A stretch of DNA of 64,000 nucleotides from the human T2T-CHM13v2.0 reference genome, Homo sapiens: NCBI RefSeq assembly GCF_009914755.1, contig NC_060925.1. One strand, given 5' to 3'. This document shows, piece after piece, positions 51,846 through 64,000 of this stretch. Under the pieces are notes generated by a model. That model was given only the letters and a program-made list of their open reading frames with translations. It did not search any database and was not told the DNA's origin. The position numbers and the translations under genes are program-made. How positions within the stretch are numbered: position 1 is the first letter of the stretch; each line of letters starts with the position of its first letter.

Positions 51846-53149
51846 ATATGATCCAGCAATTCCTCTACTGGATACACAGTCAAGAGAAAGGAAATCAGTA
51901 TAGCAAAGAGATAGCTGCATTCTTATGTTTACTGCAGCACTGTTCACAATAGCCATAATATGAAATCAACCTAAGTGCCTGTCAAGGGACAAACTGGATA
52001 AAGAATATGTGGTACATATACTCGATGGAATACTCTTCAGCCATAAAGTAATGAAATCCTGGCATTTGTAGCAACATAGATGGAACTGGAGGCCATCACA
52101 TTAAATGAAATAAGCCAAGCACAGAAAGACAAATACTGCATGTTCTCACTTGCATGTGGGAGCTAAAAACGTGGATCTCCTAAAGATAGAAAGTACTTTG
52201 GTGGTTACCAGAGGCCTGGAAGGGGAGAGAGGGTGATGAAGAGAAGTTGATTAATAGATATAAAAATGCAGCTAAATAGCAGGAATAAGATCTAGTGTTT
52301 GACAGCAGGGTGACTATAGTTAACATTAATCTATTGTATATTTCAAAATACCTAGAAGAGAATAATTCAAGCGTTCCTAGCATAAAGAAAAGAAACATTT
52401 GAGGCAATGAATATCTCAATTACCCCAATTTAATCTTTACACATTATATGAATGTATCGAATTATCATATGTACCCTGAAAAGATGTGCATCTATTATGT
52501 ATCAATTTTTTACAGTCAGGCAACTTTCTGTAATGCAGAGCCGGACCTGGCCACCAGAGGCTGAAGAGGTGTGGTGGTGGCAGCTGCTGCAGCTCCTGCT
52601 GCCTGTGGCAGGAGCAAGCACAGGAAGAAGCTGGGAGAAGGGCCAGAGACCCACAGAGACACGCGGCTGTGCTGCGTCAGCCTGTGTGGGCGCTCCAGTG
52701 GAGTGAGTCGCCAGTGAAGGACTGAGATGAATCAGTAGCTGGGGTGCAAGTCTAGGGGCCAAGGAGCCTGAGTGTGGAGGCCCGAGGGTCTGCAGGACCT
52801 GGTAGCATGGCTGTGGTGAGATGGGGTGAAGTGGGCTCATGCACAACTGGAGAGGTCTTGTGTTCTAATAAAATCACAAAAGTAATCGATGTTCAGTGTC
52901 AAAAATTCAAACAAAACAGAGGCATGAGAGTGAAACTAAAGGTTTCTGCCCTTCTCTGAAAGCAATTTCTCTTCTTCTCCCAGTGAGAAACTGTGAGCAA
53001 TCTGCTGTCTACCGTTTTATTCTAGGAAATCTGTAGACTTTATTCCCCCTAGTCAGATGTCACACGAAATGTTATATTCCCTTTTTTCCTGTGTCTTTTT
53101 TTTGGCAGTGATAAAAATACATAACTTAAAATGTACCGTTTTCACCTTA

Positions 53150-53974
<825 letters not shown>

Positions 53975-55769
53975 ACATTCACAGTGTCTTGCAATCATCA
54001 CCACCATACATCTCCATAACTTCTTCATCTTCCTGAAGCGAAACTTTGTTAAACAATTGTTAAATAATAACTGTCCATTGCCAGTTCCTGGAAAGAAACC
54101 ACCAATACACTTTCTGTCTCTATGAATTTGACTACTCCTAAATCTCATATAAGTAGAATCATACAATATTTGTCCTTTTGTGACTCGTTGATTTCACTCA
54201 ACTTACGTCCTCAAGGTTCATCCATGTTGTAGCATGCTTCAGAATTTCCTTCCTTTTAAAGACAGAGTAACATTCCATTGTATGGTTTATTTTGGACACA
54301 CGGGTTGCTTCTACCTTTAGGCTTTTGTGAATGATGCTGCTCTGTGAACATGAGTGTACAAATATCTGTCCAAGTCCCTGCTTTCAGTTCTTTTGGGTGT
54401 AGCCTCAGTGGAACTGCTGGATCATATGGCAATTCTGTTTAATTTTTTGAGCAACTGCCATCCTGTTTTTCACAGTGGCTGCACAATTTTACATTCCCAT
54501 AAAAAATGCACAAGAGTTCCAATTTCTCTCCATATCCTCACCAATATTCATACCTTTATAATAACCATTCTAATGATTGTGATGTTGTGTCTCATTGTGG
54601 GTTTCATTTGCATTTCTCCAGTGATTAGTGAAGCCAGGCATCTTTTCATGTGCCTTTTGGCTGTTTTCATATCTTCTGTGGAGATGTTATGTCTATTCAA
54701 GTCCTTTGCCCATTTCTTAATTGGGTTAGTTTTTTTGTTGTTGAGTTGTAGGAGTTCTTTATACATCCTAGATATCAATCCCTTATTAGATATATGATTT
54801 ACAAATATGTTTTCCCAATCCATGGGTTGCCTTTTCACTGTTGCTATTATCTTGTGAAATTGTCTGCCACAAAAGTCTTAAGTTTTGATGAAGTCCAATT
54901 TATCTACATTTTCTTTTGTTACCTCTGCTATTGGGGCCATACTTAAGAAAACATTGCCAAATCCAGTGTCATGAAGGTTTTCCCATATGTTCTCTTCTAA
55001 GAGTTTTATAGTTTTTTGTCTTACGTTTCAATCTTTGATCCATCAAGTTTATTTTTATATATGGTATAAGGTAAGGATCCAACTTCTTTCTCTTGCATGC
55101 AGATATTCAGTTTTCCTAGCACCACTGTTGAAAAGACTATCCTTTCCCCCATTGCATGGTCTTAGCCCCTGTTACTTGTACAAAAAATCTAATTAAATCT
55201 GAATCCAAGCCCCCATTCCCATCACTGGGGCTTCCCCCATCCCAGAATGGCACAAAGATCCCTGGATATATACCAGCCAAGGAGGTCTTCATCTGCTGTG
55301 TGAGCCCACAAGGTCCCTTCAGGTCAGGTGGCTTTGCTGAAGCTGTGCCAAGTTTGAGGCAGGGCATTGGCAGCCTTGACAAGCATAGGTACCTTGTTCT
55401 CTTGGGGCACATCGGGTTTCACCCTCATCGAAGTTTGCTACTTCCTTGAGCAATATGAATTTTCCCTCTTATCTTGTCTAAGCCCCTGCCTCCTGCTCCA
55501 TTTTAGTCATAGGGAAATCTCTTGCTTTCCCTTGCTACTTGTTACCATAAGGCATTCTCTCTCTTCTCTGACTCTCAAAGGCACACCCTAGTGTAATCTC
55601 TTCAGTGATCTGGAATTTTACACAATACAGGAAGACCTATTGACTTCTAACAGCTTCTGTTTTCTGCCCTGTAAAACTCATGAAGCAAGAAATTACTAAA
55701 GACCTTGAGGTAGGGGGTAAACAGAGAACAACGCACAAAATAGTATAAAACACACACACAAATAAAACA

Positions 55770-56535
55770 GGATTACAAAGTTGATCCTACCATACATAAT
55801 ATTCTCCAGCTTGCTTTTTAAACTAAAGAATATATCAGACAAAGCTTTTCTTCTCAATTAAAATTACACCAATTCTATCTTTTAAAAAAAGAATATAACA
55901 GACATATTTCTTTGCCAGATGTAGATCCTGAGATCTACAACTTTTTCAAACAACTAGGCAGTATTGTATTCCATAATTTATTTAGCTATCTCTCTCTTAA
56001 TGGAGATGTTTTTTTCCGTGAAAAAAGATGCTACCCTTGTACATGTGTTTTTGTGCACATAAGCATATATTTCTGTAGGAGAGAAACTTAGAAGTTGAAT
56101 TACTGCATTATTGGGTTGTTGGGCATATGCTCTTCATATTTAAGTAAATATTGCCAACTGCCAACTCCTTAAAAATGTTGAACTAATTTCTACTTCCAGA
56201 ATATCTGAGCACATCAATTTTCACACATCCTTACCAATCCTGGTCATTATCAATCATTTTCTTTTTATTTACCCATCTTGTGGGTGAAAAATAACATTTT
56301 ATTATTATTTTGTTCAGCATTTCCCTAATTACTGGAGAGGTTGAGCATCTTTTGGAGTTTATCAACAGCATCTACTTTGTCTTCATGATTATCTTCTCCT
56401 AGTTTTAAAATTTTTTCTTTCATTGATGCTAAAGAGAATGCAATTTTCTATTTCATGGATGTTGAACTGTTGTCTTATATAAGTTACAATGTTAGATTCC
56501 AGCTGTAACTTATGTGTCAACTTTATTTATGGTTG
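55770..56535 (-). mobile_element. Old L1ME-like fragment
   Basis: cagcatttccctaattactggagaggttgagcatcttt and similar degenerate text. Confidence 0.55.
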
Positions 56536-56984
56536 AGATTCAGACTTAATTAGCAAAAGATGGAACCACAGCAGCAGTAAATTTTCCAGAGCTCCCCCAG
56601 GTAACTAACCAGCCAGGGTTGAGAATCACTAATGTAAAGGATAAAATACACAGGGACCAAGAACCAGGAAATGCTTCAGATGTAACTGATTTACAGAGCA
56701 GTCTTAAGTCACTGAGATATAAACACAAGGCCATTGTTATACCAGCCCTACGATTGCCCTAGTTTTCTCTTGCTTTCAATTTCATGAAGGCCAAATGTTT
56801 CTTTCCAGCCCAACTTGCCCCCATGGCTTCCCGTTGCCTTTACAATTAAATCTAAACTTCTTATATGGCTCCTAAGTTCCTGCATGATCTGGCCCTGTGG
56901 ATTCAACTTCATTTTAAGCCCCTCCAATCCTTGCTCACTTGCATCCCTCACATCCTTCTGCTCTCTGACTGCACCGAGGCGTTT

Positions 56985-57631
56985 GAAATTCAGGACCACA
57001 GTCCTGAGAAAGTACACCCAAGGCAGTTGGATTACAGTTTAGTTTTACACATTTTAGGGAGGCAAGAGTTGTAAACAAAGACATAAATCAATACATGGAA
57101 GGTATACATTGGGTCAGCCTGGAAAGGTGAGATATCCTGAAGCGGGGGAGTGCAGGTCATAGGTGGGTTCAGAAATTCTTTAATTAGTAATTGATTAAAG
57201 GAGTAAAGCTCTGTCTAAAAATTTGGAGTCAACACAAGGAATGTTTAAGTTAAGGAAGTCAGTTCATCTTCCTGTGATGTTATGCAAGAGCTGGGCTGCA
57301 AGAACAAGCCACACTGCTCTAGTCAGAGTGACCTGTGGGGCACGCGATTTAACCCTTGCCTGCCTGGCCTGGCTTAGGTCCTGTTTATAATTTGGTATCT
57401 TATTGCCACAAAGAGTCTGCCCTGTCAGTCTTGTAATCTCTATTTTGACATTAATCCTTGTCAGCTGTTGTGTCTAAACTGTGAAGGGGTGGGGGGAGTG
57501 TAATGAGGTGTGTCTGACCTCCCATTCTGTCACGGCTGGAAACTCCAGTTTTAAGGTTTCCCTGGGGTCCTCTTGGCCAAGACAGGTCCGTTCTGTTGGT
57601 TAGGAGGCTTAGGATTTTATTTTCAGTTTAC
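56985..57631 (-). mobile_element. MER4-family LTR, partial
   Basis: acattttagggaggcaagagttgt...ggcttaggattttattttcagtttaca; homologous to the MER4 at 5081-12519. Confidence 0.75.
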
Positions 57632-57673
57632 ATCCTGCACCAAGCACAGCATTTGATGCACAGACAATGCTCA

Positions 57674-58193
<520 letters not shown>

Positions 58194-58929
58194 TCAGTGG
58201 TAGAATCAACTTACCTCAGTGATTCAGTAGGTGTGTAAAAGAAGAATCAAGAACTCATTCAACAAGTACTTTCACTTCTGTCTGGCTTTGTCAACTGATG
58301 AGTGGTGATGCCCTTCGCTACACAGAAGATACAGGAAGGAAACACATTTCTTCTCTGTTGTTCACTCAGGGTCCTCTGTTCCTCTGCTTGGGCCCAGGGA
58401 AGTTTCCGATATTTCCCCATGTTCCTCCAGGAACAGAGCTGCAACCATCCTCATAACAAACATCTGTGAATACCTGCTCTGTTTAGTACATGCGTAGCTG
58501 TTTTTGGAATCCTGTCACTTAAAAAAAAAACCCCACAAATTCCAAAATAGCAAAATTCTGACATGAATATGGGTTTCTTATTTAACTACAATTTTACTGT
58601 GAAATGATGGTATGAATTTGCAACTTCAAAATTTTATCAAATGGTTAAAGATAAATATGATTGAGTTCCTGCACTTAAGATGCAGATTCTGCCTCTGTGA
58701 GAGATGAGACTAGAAATGGGGCTGCCAGCAGGTTCAGGGTGTGGATAAGCCTCTGCCACCTGTGTGGCTCTGAGGGCAGCCCATCATTCTCCTGCCTTTA
58801 GAGACTGTGAGTCTCTCTGGATGTGTTATCTATCTTTATTTCTATCTGTCACTTTGATTCATTGGTCAAGGAGCTCTTTATCTACATTGAAAAATATCCA
58901 TAGGTGGGAAGGAAATTAAGACTGTGTTA

Positions 58930-59282
58930 AGGTGGGGTGTGCATGGGGGTGGTGTGGGGTGTGCATGTGTGTGTGTGTGAGATATGTATTGCATTGTGCT
59001 GTGTGTGGTATGTATTTGGTGTGCATGTGTGTTGTGTGTGGTGTGTTTGTGTGGAATGTGTGCATTGTGTTTTGTATGTGCGTGGTTTGTGTATGTGTGT
59101 GGTGTGTGATGTCTGTTGTGTATGTGTGTGGTGTGTGTGTGTTGTGTCTGTTGTGTATTTTGTGTGGGGTGTGTATGGTGTGTATGTACGTGTGTGTGGA
59201 GTATCTATGTGTGTTGTGGGTGTGTTATGTATGCACAGGGCATGTGTGTGTTGTGTGTTGTTTATGTAGGGTATGCGTGTGA
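58930..59282. repeat. Degenerate (TG)n/GT-rich low-complexity tract
   Basis: Seen directly. Confidence 0.92.
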
Positions 59283-59564
59283 CAGGGATGTGCAGCTGGT
59301 TTGGTGGGTTCAGCGTGGATTCTTTCTACCACCACCTCACCTTTTTGGATGGAAGTTAAAGTTGGTTTCTTAATTTACTGAGATTTTAACCAATTCCATC
59401 TTTTAAACTTTCATGTGTGCCAAGGGATAAATGAAGATTTCAAATAGACAGTCCCAGTGTCCTAAGCCAAGACCCTAAAATACTTTGGTTTGCAAAAATC
59501 TACAGCTCAACCCATCACTCGATAATTTTCTGAAAGAATGAATTCATTTAATATTGGCCATTTT

Positions 59565-60135
59565 AACAGTGGTTCTCAACCATAGCTGTGTCCCATAATC
59601 ACCCAGGGAGATATTTTTTAACGTAGATTAAGAGCTTCCAGACCAATCAATCAGAATCGCCAGGGTGGTAACCAACTTCTTCTTCTAAGCTGCCAAGGTG
59701 CTTCGGATGAGCAGCCACTTATAGAACTGATAACAGATTGGCAGCAGCCCTCTTGGGGTGCAAGTTTGTCCTGTGCTGCTGAGGACCTTTGGTGTCAATT
59801 TCTGTAGGCAGAGCTACACCCTTTGGGCCTGGCTATGTGAAGTGTGGTCCAGTGACCAGCAGCATCCATGTCACCTGGAAGCTCGCTGGAAAAGCCTCAT
59901 CCCAGAGCTACTGAATCAAAACCGGCCTTTTCCCTAGACTTCCAGATGCATCACAGGCACATTCAAGCTTGTGGAGCACCACTGAGTGTCAGCGGTCTCA
60001 CTACTGGCTGCACACTAAAATACTGATGCTTGGGCCCCAACTCCGGAGATCCAGATGTGATCCGCCTGGTATTGGGAATTTTTACCATCTCCCCAGGTGA
60101 ATTCTAAGAGAGGCAAGGTGGAGAACCACTGATCC
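59565..60135. mobile_element. Cluster of MER5A/MER5B hAT MITEs
   Basis: Termini cagtggttctcaac (near 59568) and gagaaccactg (60121-60131); core ccagagctactgaatca and tccccaggtgaattct. Confidence 0.7.
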
Positions 60136-60447
60136 AAATGGCTTTCAGTGATTTGCAACCTGCCTTTCATCCTAGCAGGTTTTGTTGGGATATGCCTCAT
60201 GGTGGGAGTTCAAATCCTACAAAAATAATCCCAACCTCTTCTTCACCAGAACAGAAACCGAGTCAACTTTAAGCCTGGGTCTTCCCTTCCTTTTTGGTAT
60301 TTGGAATGAAAAGACTTACACTTACATAGGGTTATTTATATTTGAGGCAGTTTCCTCCCAGCAGATAAACATTTAAAGTTTGAATGTTTTGTATATTTCA
60401 GATCTTCACACAGAGAAACAATCAACCACAATAGAGCTACTAATAGC

Positions 60448-60978
60448 TGAAGGGAGTTAAGAATTTACAAGCCCCAAATATGCAGCTGTGGCATATTGAC
60501 TATTTTGAGTTAAAGGCACTTAAAAAACAGCAGGTGCAAGAAGATCACTCTGAGCTTCATTCTGTTTCTAAAGAGGAGAGGAAATTCTCATGTGAAAAGA
60601 TATCATCGTATACCAAAAGAAGTGTTATGCTTATCATCAGGGACTGGAAGTTGATGCCAAGGGAAATTTGTGCAAACAAACCTTGTTAGACTAGCCCTTA
60701 TCTTCCTAGTCACTTCTCTACCCAATTAACTGCCCAGCCCAAGCCTTATCACATTTTCACAGTTTACTACTCTTTGTCCAACTCAGCATGTAAGTGTTTG
60801 ACTCTAGTTGTATCTTTGGGTCTTTATTTCCTTATGAAGGCTCCAACGCCACATAAAACTTGTATTAAGTGAATGTGTATGCTTCTTTCCTATTGATCTG
60901 TCTTATGTCGGTTTAATTCTCAGGCCCAGCAAAACAACAACAACAACAACAACAAAAACACTTTCAAACTCCCCTACA
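60448..60978 (+). mobile_element. ERV1 solo LTR, MER34-like
   Basis: tgaagggag...ggcatattgactattttgagttaaaggcactt...aaactcccctaca. Confidence 0.75.
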
Positions 60979-61231
60979 TGGTAATTCTCAGAGTGGAACA
61001 TATACAGACAGGCTCATAGTAGGAAGAAAAGAAAAAGAAAAGGAAGACAGCTCCACAACACACAATGCTAGGCCAGAGGATTACCCCAAAGGTAAATCAA
61101 CACCTGGGACCCTGCAGCAAGATCCTGTGATCTTTAACTTCTTGCCAAAAAGAAAATGCCTCAAACTACAGCATTATGAGAAGTCTGACCACTTCAAAGT
61201 AATCCAATGTGACTTTTAGAGTGGACAGAGC

Positions 61232-61383
61232 CACCAGGAGTGGTGGCTTGCCCCTGTAATCCCAGCTACTTGGGAGACCGAGGCAGGAGGATCCCTTGAG
61301 GCCAGGAGTTTGAGGCCACAGTGAGCTATGGTCTCACCACTGCATTTCGGCCTGGGCAACAGAGCGAGATCCTGTCTCTATAA
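61232..61383 (+). mobile_element. FRAM/Alu right monomer
   Basis: Single arm, gaggccacagtgagctatg...gggcaacagagcgagatcctgtctc. Confidence 0.8.
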
Positions 61384-61609
61384 TTAATTGATTAAAATAA
61401 AGTAGACAAATCCTTTGAAAAGGATTTTCTGCTGGATTTGCAGCTTTTCGCTGTTTTCATCTGAGCTTCTCAAGAGAGTTGAAGAGATGTTGCAGAGAAA
61501 GTAAAGTTGAATTGTGAGTGACAGACGTGGAGGAAAATACCTGTTTGAAAATCTTGTGATGATAGATGAAGATAACTGTTTTCCAAACATTTTCTAGAAA
61601 GCTGGAGGA

Positions 61610-61950
61610 ATATATGGCTAAAAGCACAGGTTCTGCCTCTGCCTGAGTTTAAATTCTTAGTCTCTCCTTTGTATCTATGATGGAGAAAGTTACTTCCTGA
61701 ACTATAGTCTCTTCATCTGAAAATAGGGGTAATAACAATATCTATCTCCTAGGTAAATGTAACACATGTCTGAGGCATTAAGCATGACACCTGGTATCTC
61801 ATAAACCCTCAGGAAATGTTAGCTATTATTTAAAAACCTTACTAATATACCTATTTTTGTGGATAAGGCAACAAAGGGCTAGAAAGGTGAAGTATAACAA
61901 GCCCAAGGTAGAGGCAAGATTTGAACCTAGGCATTCTGACTCCAGCACGT
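61610..61950. mobile_element. MIR fragments
   Basis: gtctcttcatctgaaaataggggtaataacaat and gatttgaacctaggcattctgactcca. Confidence 0.65.
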
Positions 61951-62016
61951 GATATGTAAGTACCTAATTACTACGCACTGGTGCCTCCTGATGGCCCATT
62001 CCCCTTCCCTGGCGGG

Positions 62017-62373
62017 CCCTCCCCCTACCCCTCCTCCTCCTTCTTCTTCTCCTCCTCCTCCTCTTCCTCCCCTTCCTCCTTCTTCTTCTCCTCCTCCTCC
62101 TCTTCCTCCCCTTCCTCCTTCTTCTTCTCCTCCTCCTCCTTCTTCTCCTCCTCCTCCTCTTCTTCCTCCTCCTTCTCTTCCTCCCCCTCCTCCTCCTTCT
62201 TCTCCTCTTCTTCCTCCTCCTCATCTTCTTCCTCCTCCTCGTCCTTCTTCTCCTCTTCCTCCTCCTCCCCCTTCTCCTCCCCCTTCCCCTTCCCCTCCTT
62301 CTTCCCCTTCCCCTTCCCCTCCTCCTTCCCCTTCCCCTTCTCCTTCTTCTTCTCCTTCTTCTTCCTCTTCTCC
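62017..62373. repeat. Polypyrimidine (CCT/CTT/CCCCTT)n tract in the position of an Alu tail
   Basis: About 350 nt of almost pure C/T directly abutting the Alu 3' end. Confidence 0.95.
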
Positions 62374-62645
62374 AGACAAGGTCTTGTTCTGTTGCCCAGA
62401 GTGCATTGGTGCAAAAATGGATCACTGCAGCCTCAACGTCATGGACACAAGTGATGCTCCGGCTTCAGCTTCCCAAGTAGCTGGGACTACAGGTGCACCA
62501 CCATGCCTGGTTATTGTTTATTTTCTGAGGAGACAGGGTCTTGCCATGTGGCCCAGGCTTGTCTTGAGCTCCTGGGCTCAAGCGATCTTCCCGCCTCAGT
62601 ACCCAAAGTGCTGAGATTACAGGCGTGAACCACCATGCCTGGCTC
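62374..62645 (-). mobile_element. AluJ
   Basis: agacaaggtcttgttctgttgccc...ctcctgggctcaagcgatc. Confidence 0.9.
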
Positions 62646-63497
62646 ACCTGACTTCTTAAGGACTGTCTTCCTGTGTCCCAAGACTCAGTCAAGACATTTC
62701 TATGAGGTTTTTCCTGGCTGTTTCTTACCAAATGGGTCTGACCCCTCCTCCTTTTGCACCCTGTTTCTGTACATCCTTCTTTACAACATCCACGCCATCA
62801 CTCTGTGGCTCTCTGTTTACTTGTAGAGAGCAGGGCCCAGTTTGAGTAGCCAACCTGCCTGAAACCCACCCAAGCTCTGGACTTTAATAAGCAGATACAT
62901 TCTCTTTTTGCTTAAGGCTGTTTGAATTGGTCTTTCTGCCACTTGCAGAAGAGACTTGATGTACATCTTTCATATCCCAAGGTTCATTCCAATCATGGAC
63001 CTTACTTGAACATGAAAAAGCTGTACACAGGGTCCTGGAAACCTTCCTTTAAGTGGACATCAGTCAATTAATCAATATCCTTTGGGTATGGTTATTAAAC
63101 CAGTGACTACTCTACTTAATTGTAAATAGCATCTAATCCATATTTCCTTACACTGTTCTTAAGCAGGTCATGAAAAATTGCCAAATTACTGGTACACTTT
63201 CCAGATCTACCTATCAATGCCATCCACATGGAAACGAGAATTTTCTAAGTCACTGGTTCTTAGACCGGGGATGGTTGTCACCACTGATAACACTGCTAGT
63301 GCAGTGGGGGGCGTGGGTTGTGGTTCTCATCTATGTGGTTTCTCATGCATCTCCTTGATGTTGAGAATTTTCTAAGACTCTACAAAGTTTCTTAGCTCTC
63401 TCCCATGTCTCCTCCACTTCGAAGATAGAGTTCTTTAGCATTTGTGCACATATGAGCCAATTGTCCCTATAGCACTTAGAGACAAGTAGCCCCATGT

Positions 63498-63966
63498 TGG
63501 GAAAGAAAAATAAAATCTTGGAACCCCAATTCACTTTGACAGAAGGAAAAAAAAAATAAGCCAAAAGCTGAATCATGCAAGAAGCTGTCTTTCCTTTTGT
63601 TCCTAAGCAGATAGCTGCAGATGAAAGGTTAAATATCCCCACAAATAGCTACTATATATTCACCTTATCTTATACAAAGTGCCACCTCACTGAGCACAAG
63701 ACTAACTCATAATTGACTATTCCCTTACCTGCTCCTTTTCTCTTGCAACTTGTGGGTTCTGTACTGTGACCATATCCTCCCTCTTTACTCTTCCACCTGC
63801 TTTTCCCCTGTAAATATTGACGCCCTCAAAACCATCTTTGGAAAATGGCATGGAACACAGATTGCTCCCACAAATTTGTAATCCTTATTTCTGGGCGTGT
63901 TTTTAACTTTGGCAAAATAAACTTCTAAATTAATTGAGACCTGCCTCAGATACGTTTTGGTTTACA
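63498..63966 (+). mobile_element. ERV1 solo LTR, LOR1-like (MER4 group)
   Basis: TG...CA ends; perfect 4-bp TSD ATGT (63494-63497 and 63967-63970); ggcaaaataaacttctaaattaattgagacc. Confidence 0.8.
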
Positions 63967-64000
63967 ATGTTATGTATACACCTGTGTTTCCCATATTCTG

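Larger units (their letters stand above)
50405..52510 (+). mobile_element. L1MA (L1MA4-like) 3' portion, interrupted by an AT minisatellite and a PABL LTR
   Basis: ORF2 C-terminal text (CRRMKLDP) through the 3'UTR gtaccctgaaaagatgtgcatctattatgtatcaa. Confidence 0.85.

Noticed and set aside
52547-52565. CTCF-like tggCCACCAGAGGCTG
   Set aside because: It lacks the GGCG/GGCA 3' core spacing, so the match is too weak to call.
58932-59373. Cys/Val-rich ORFs
   Set aside because: They are translations of a degenerate TG repeat.
61949-62614. 221-aa Pro/Ser-rich ORF, plus Arg-rich (protamine-like) and Glu/Lys-rich ORFs on the other strand
   Set aside because: These are translations of the C/T simple repeat plus Alu, which lacks stop codons by composition.

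Overview
This is primate (human-like) genomic DNA dominated by transposable elements, roughly two-thirds by eye. I found no recognisable protein-coding exon, RNA gene, CRISPR array or prokaryotic system. The ORF track is almost entirely L1, ERV or Alu fragments, or low-complexity artefacts. Main content: (1) a multi-layer nest at about 4.2-12.8 kb, where an old L1M is split by an LTR8-like and a MER4-like LTR, and the MER4 is split by a full-length, inactivated L1PA7-like element with TSD; (2) a young-L1PA/old-L1PB1 chimera at 12.9-16.0 kb; (3) a two-LTR, degenerate ERVL (HERV16/LTR16-like) provirus at about 23.4-30.8 kb inside an MLT1K-like LTR; (4) a two-LTR MER4-group (MER65-like) ERV1 provirus at 37.2-41.2 kb with PBS, PPT and an env TM remnant; (5) many solo LTRs, Alus, DNA transposons and simple repeats. 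Subfamily names come from recalled consensus sequences, not a database search, and boundaries without a stated TSD are approximate. I found no convincing novel biological system. The best leads are an ORF0-homologous open frame in the L1 5'UTR, the L1 chimera, a fold-back inverted duplication, the env remnant, and two motif clusters in unique DNA.
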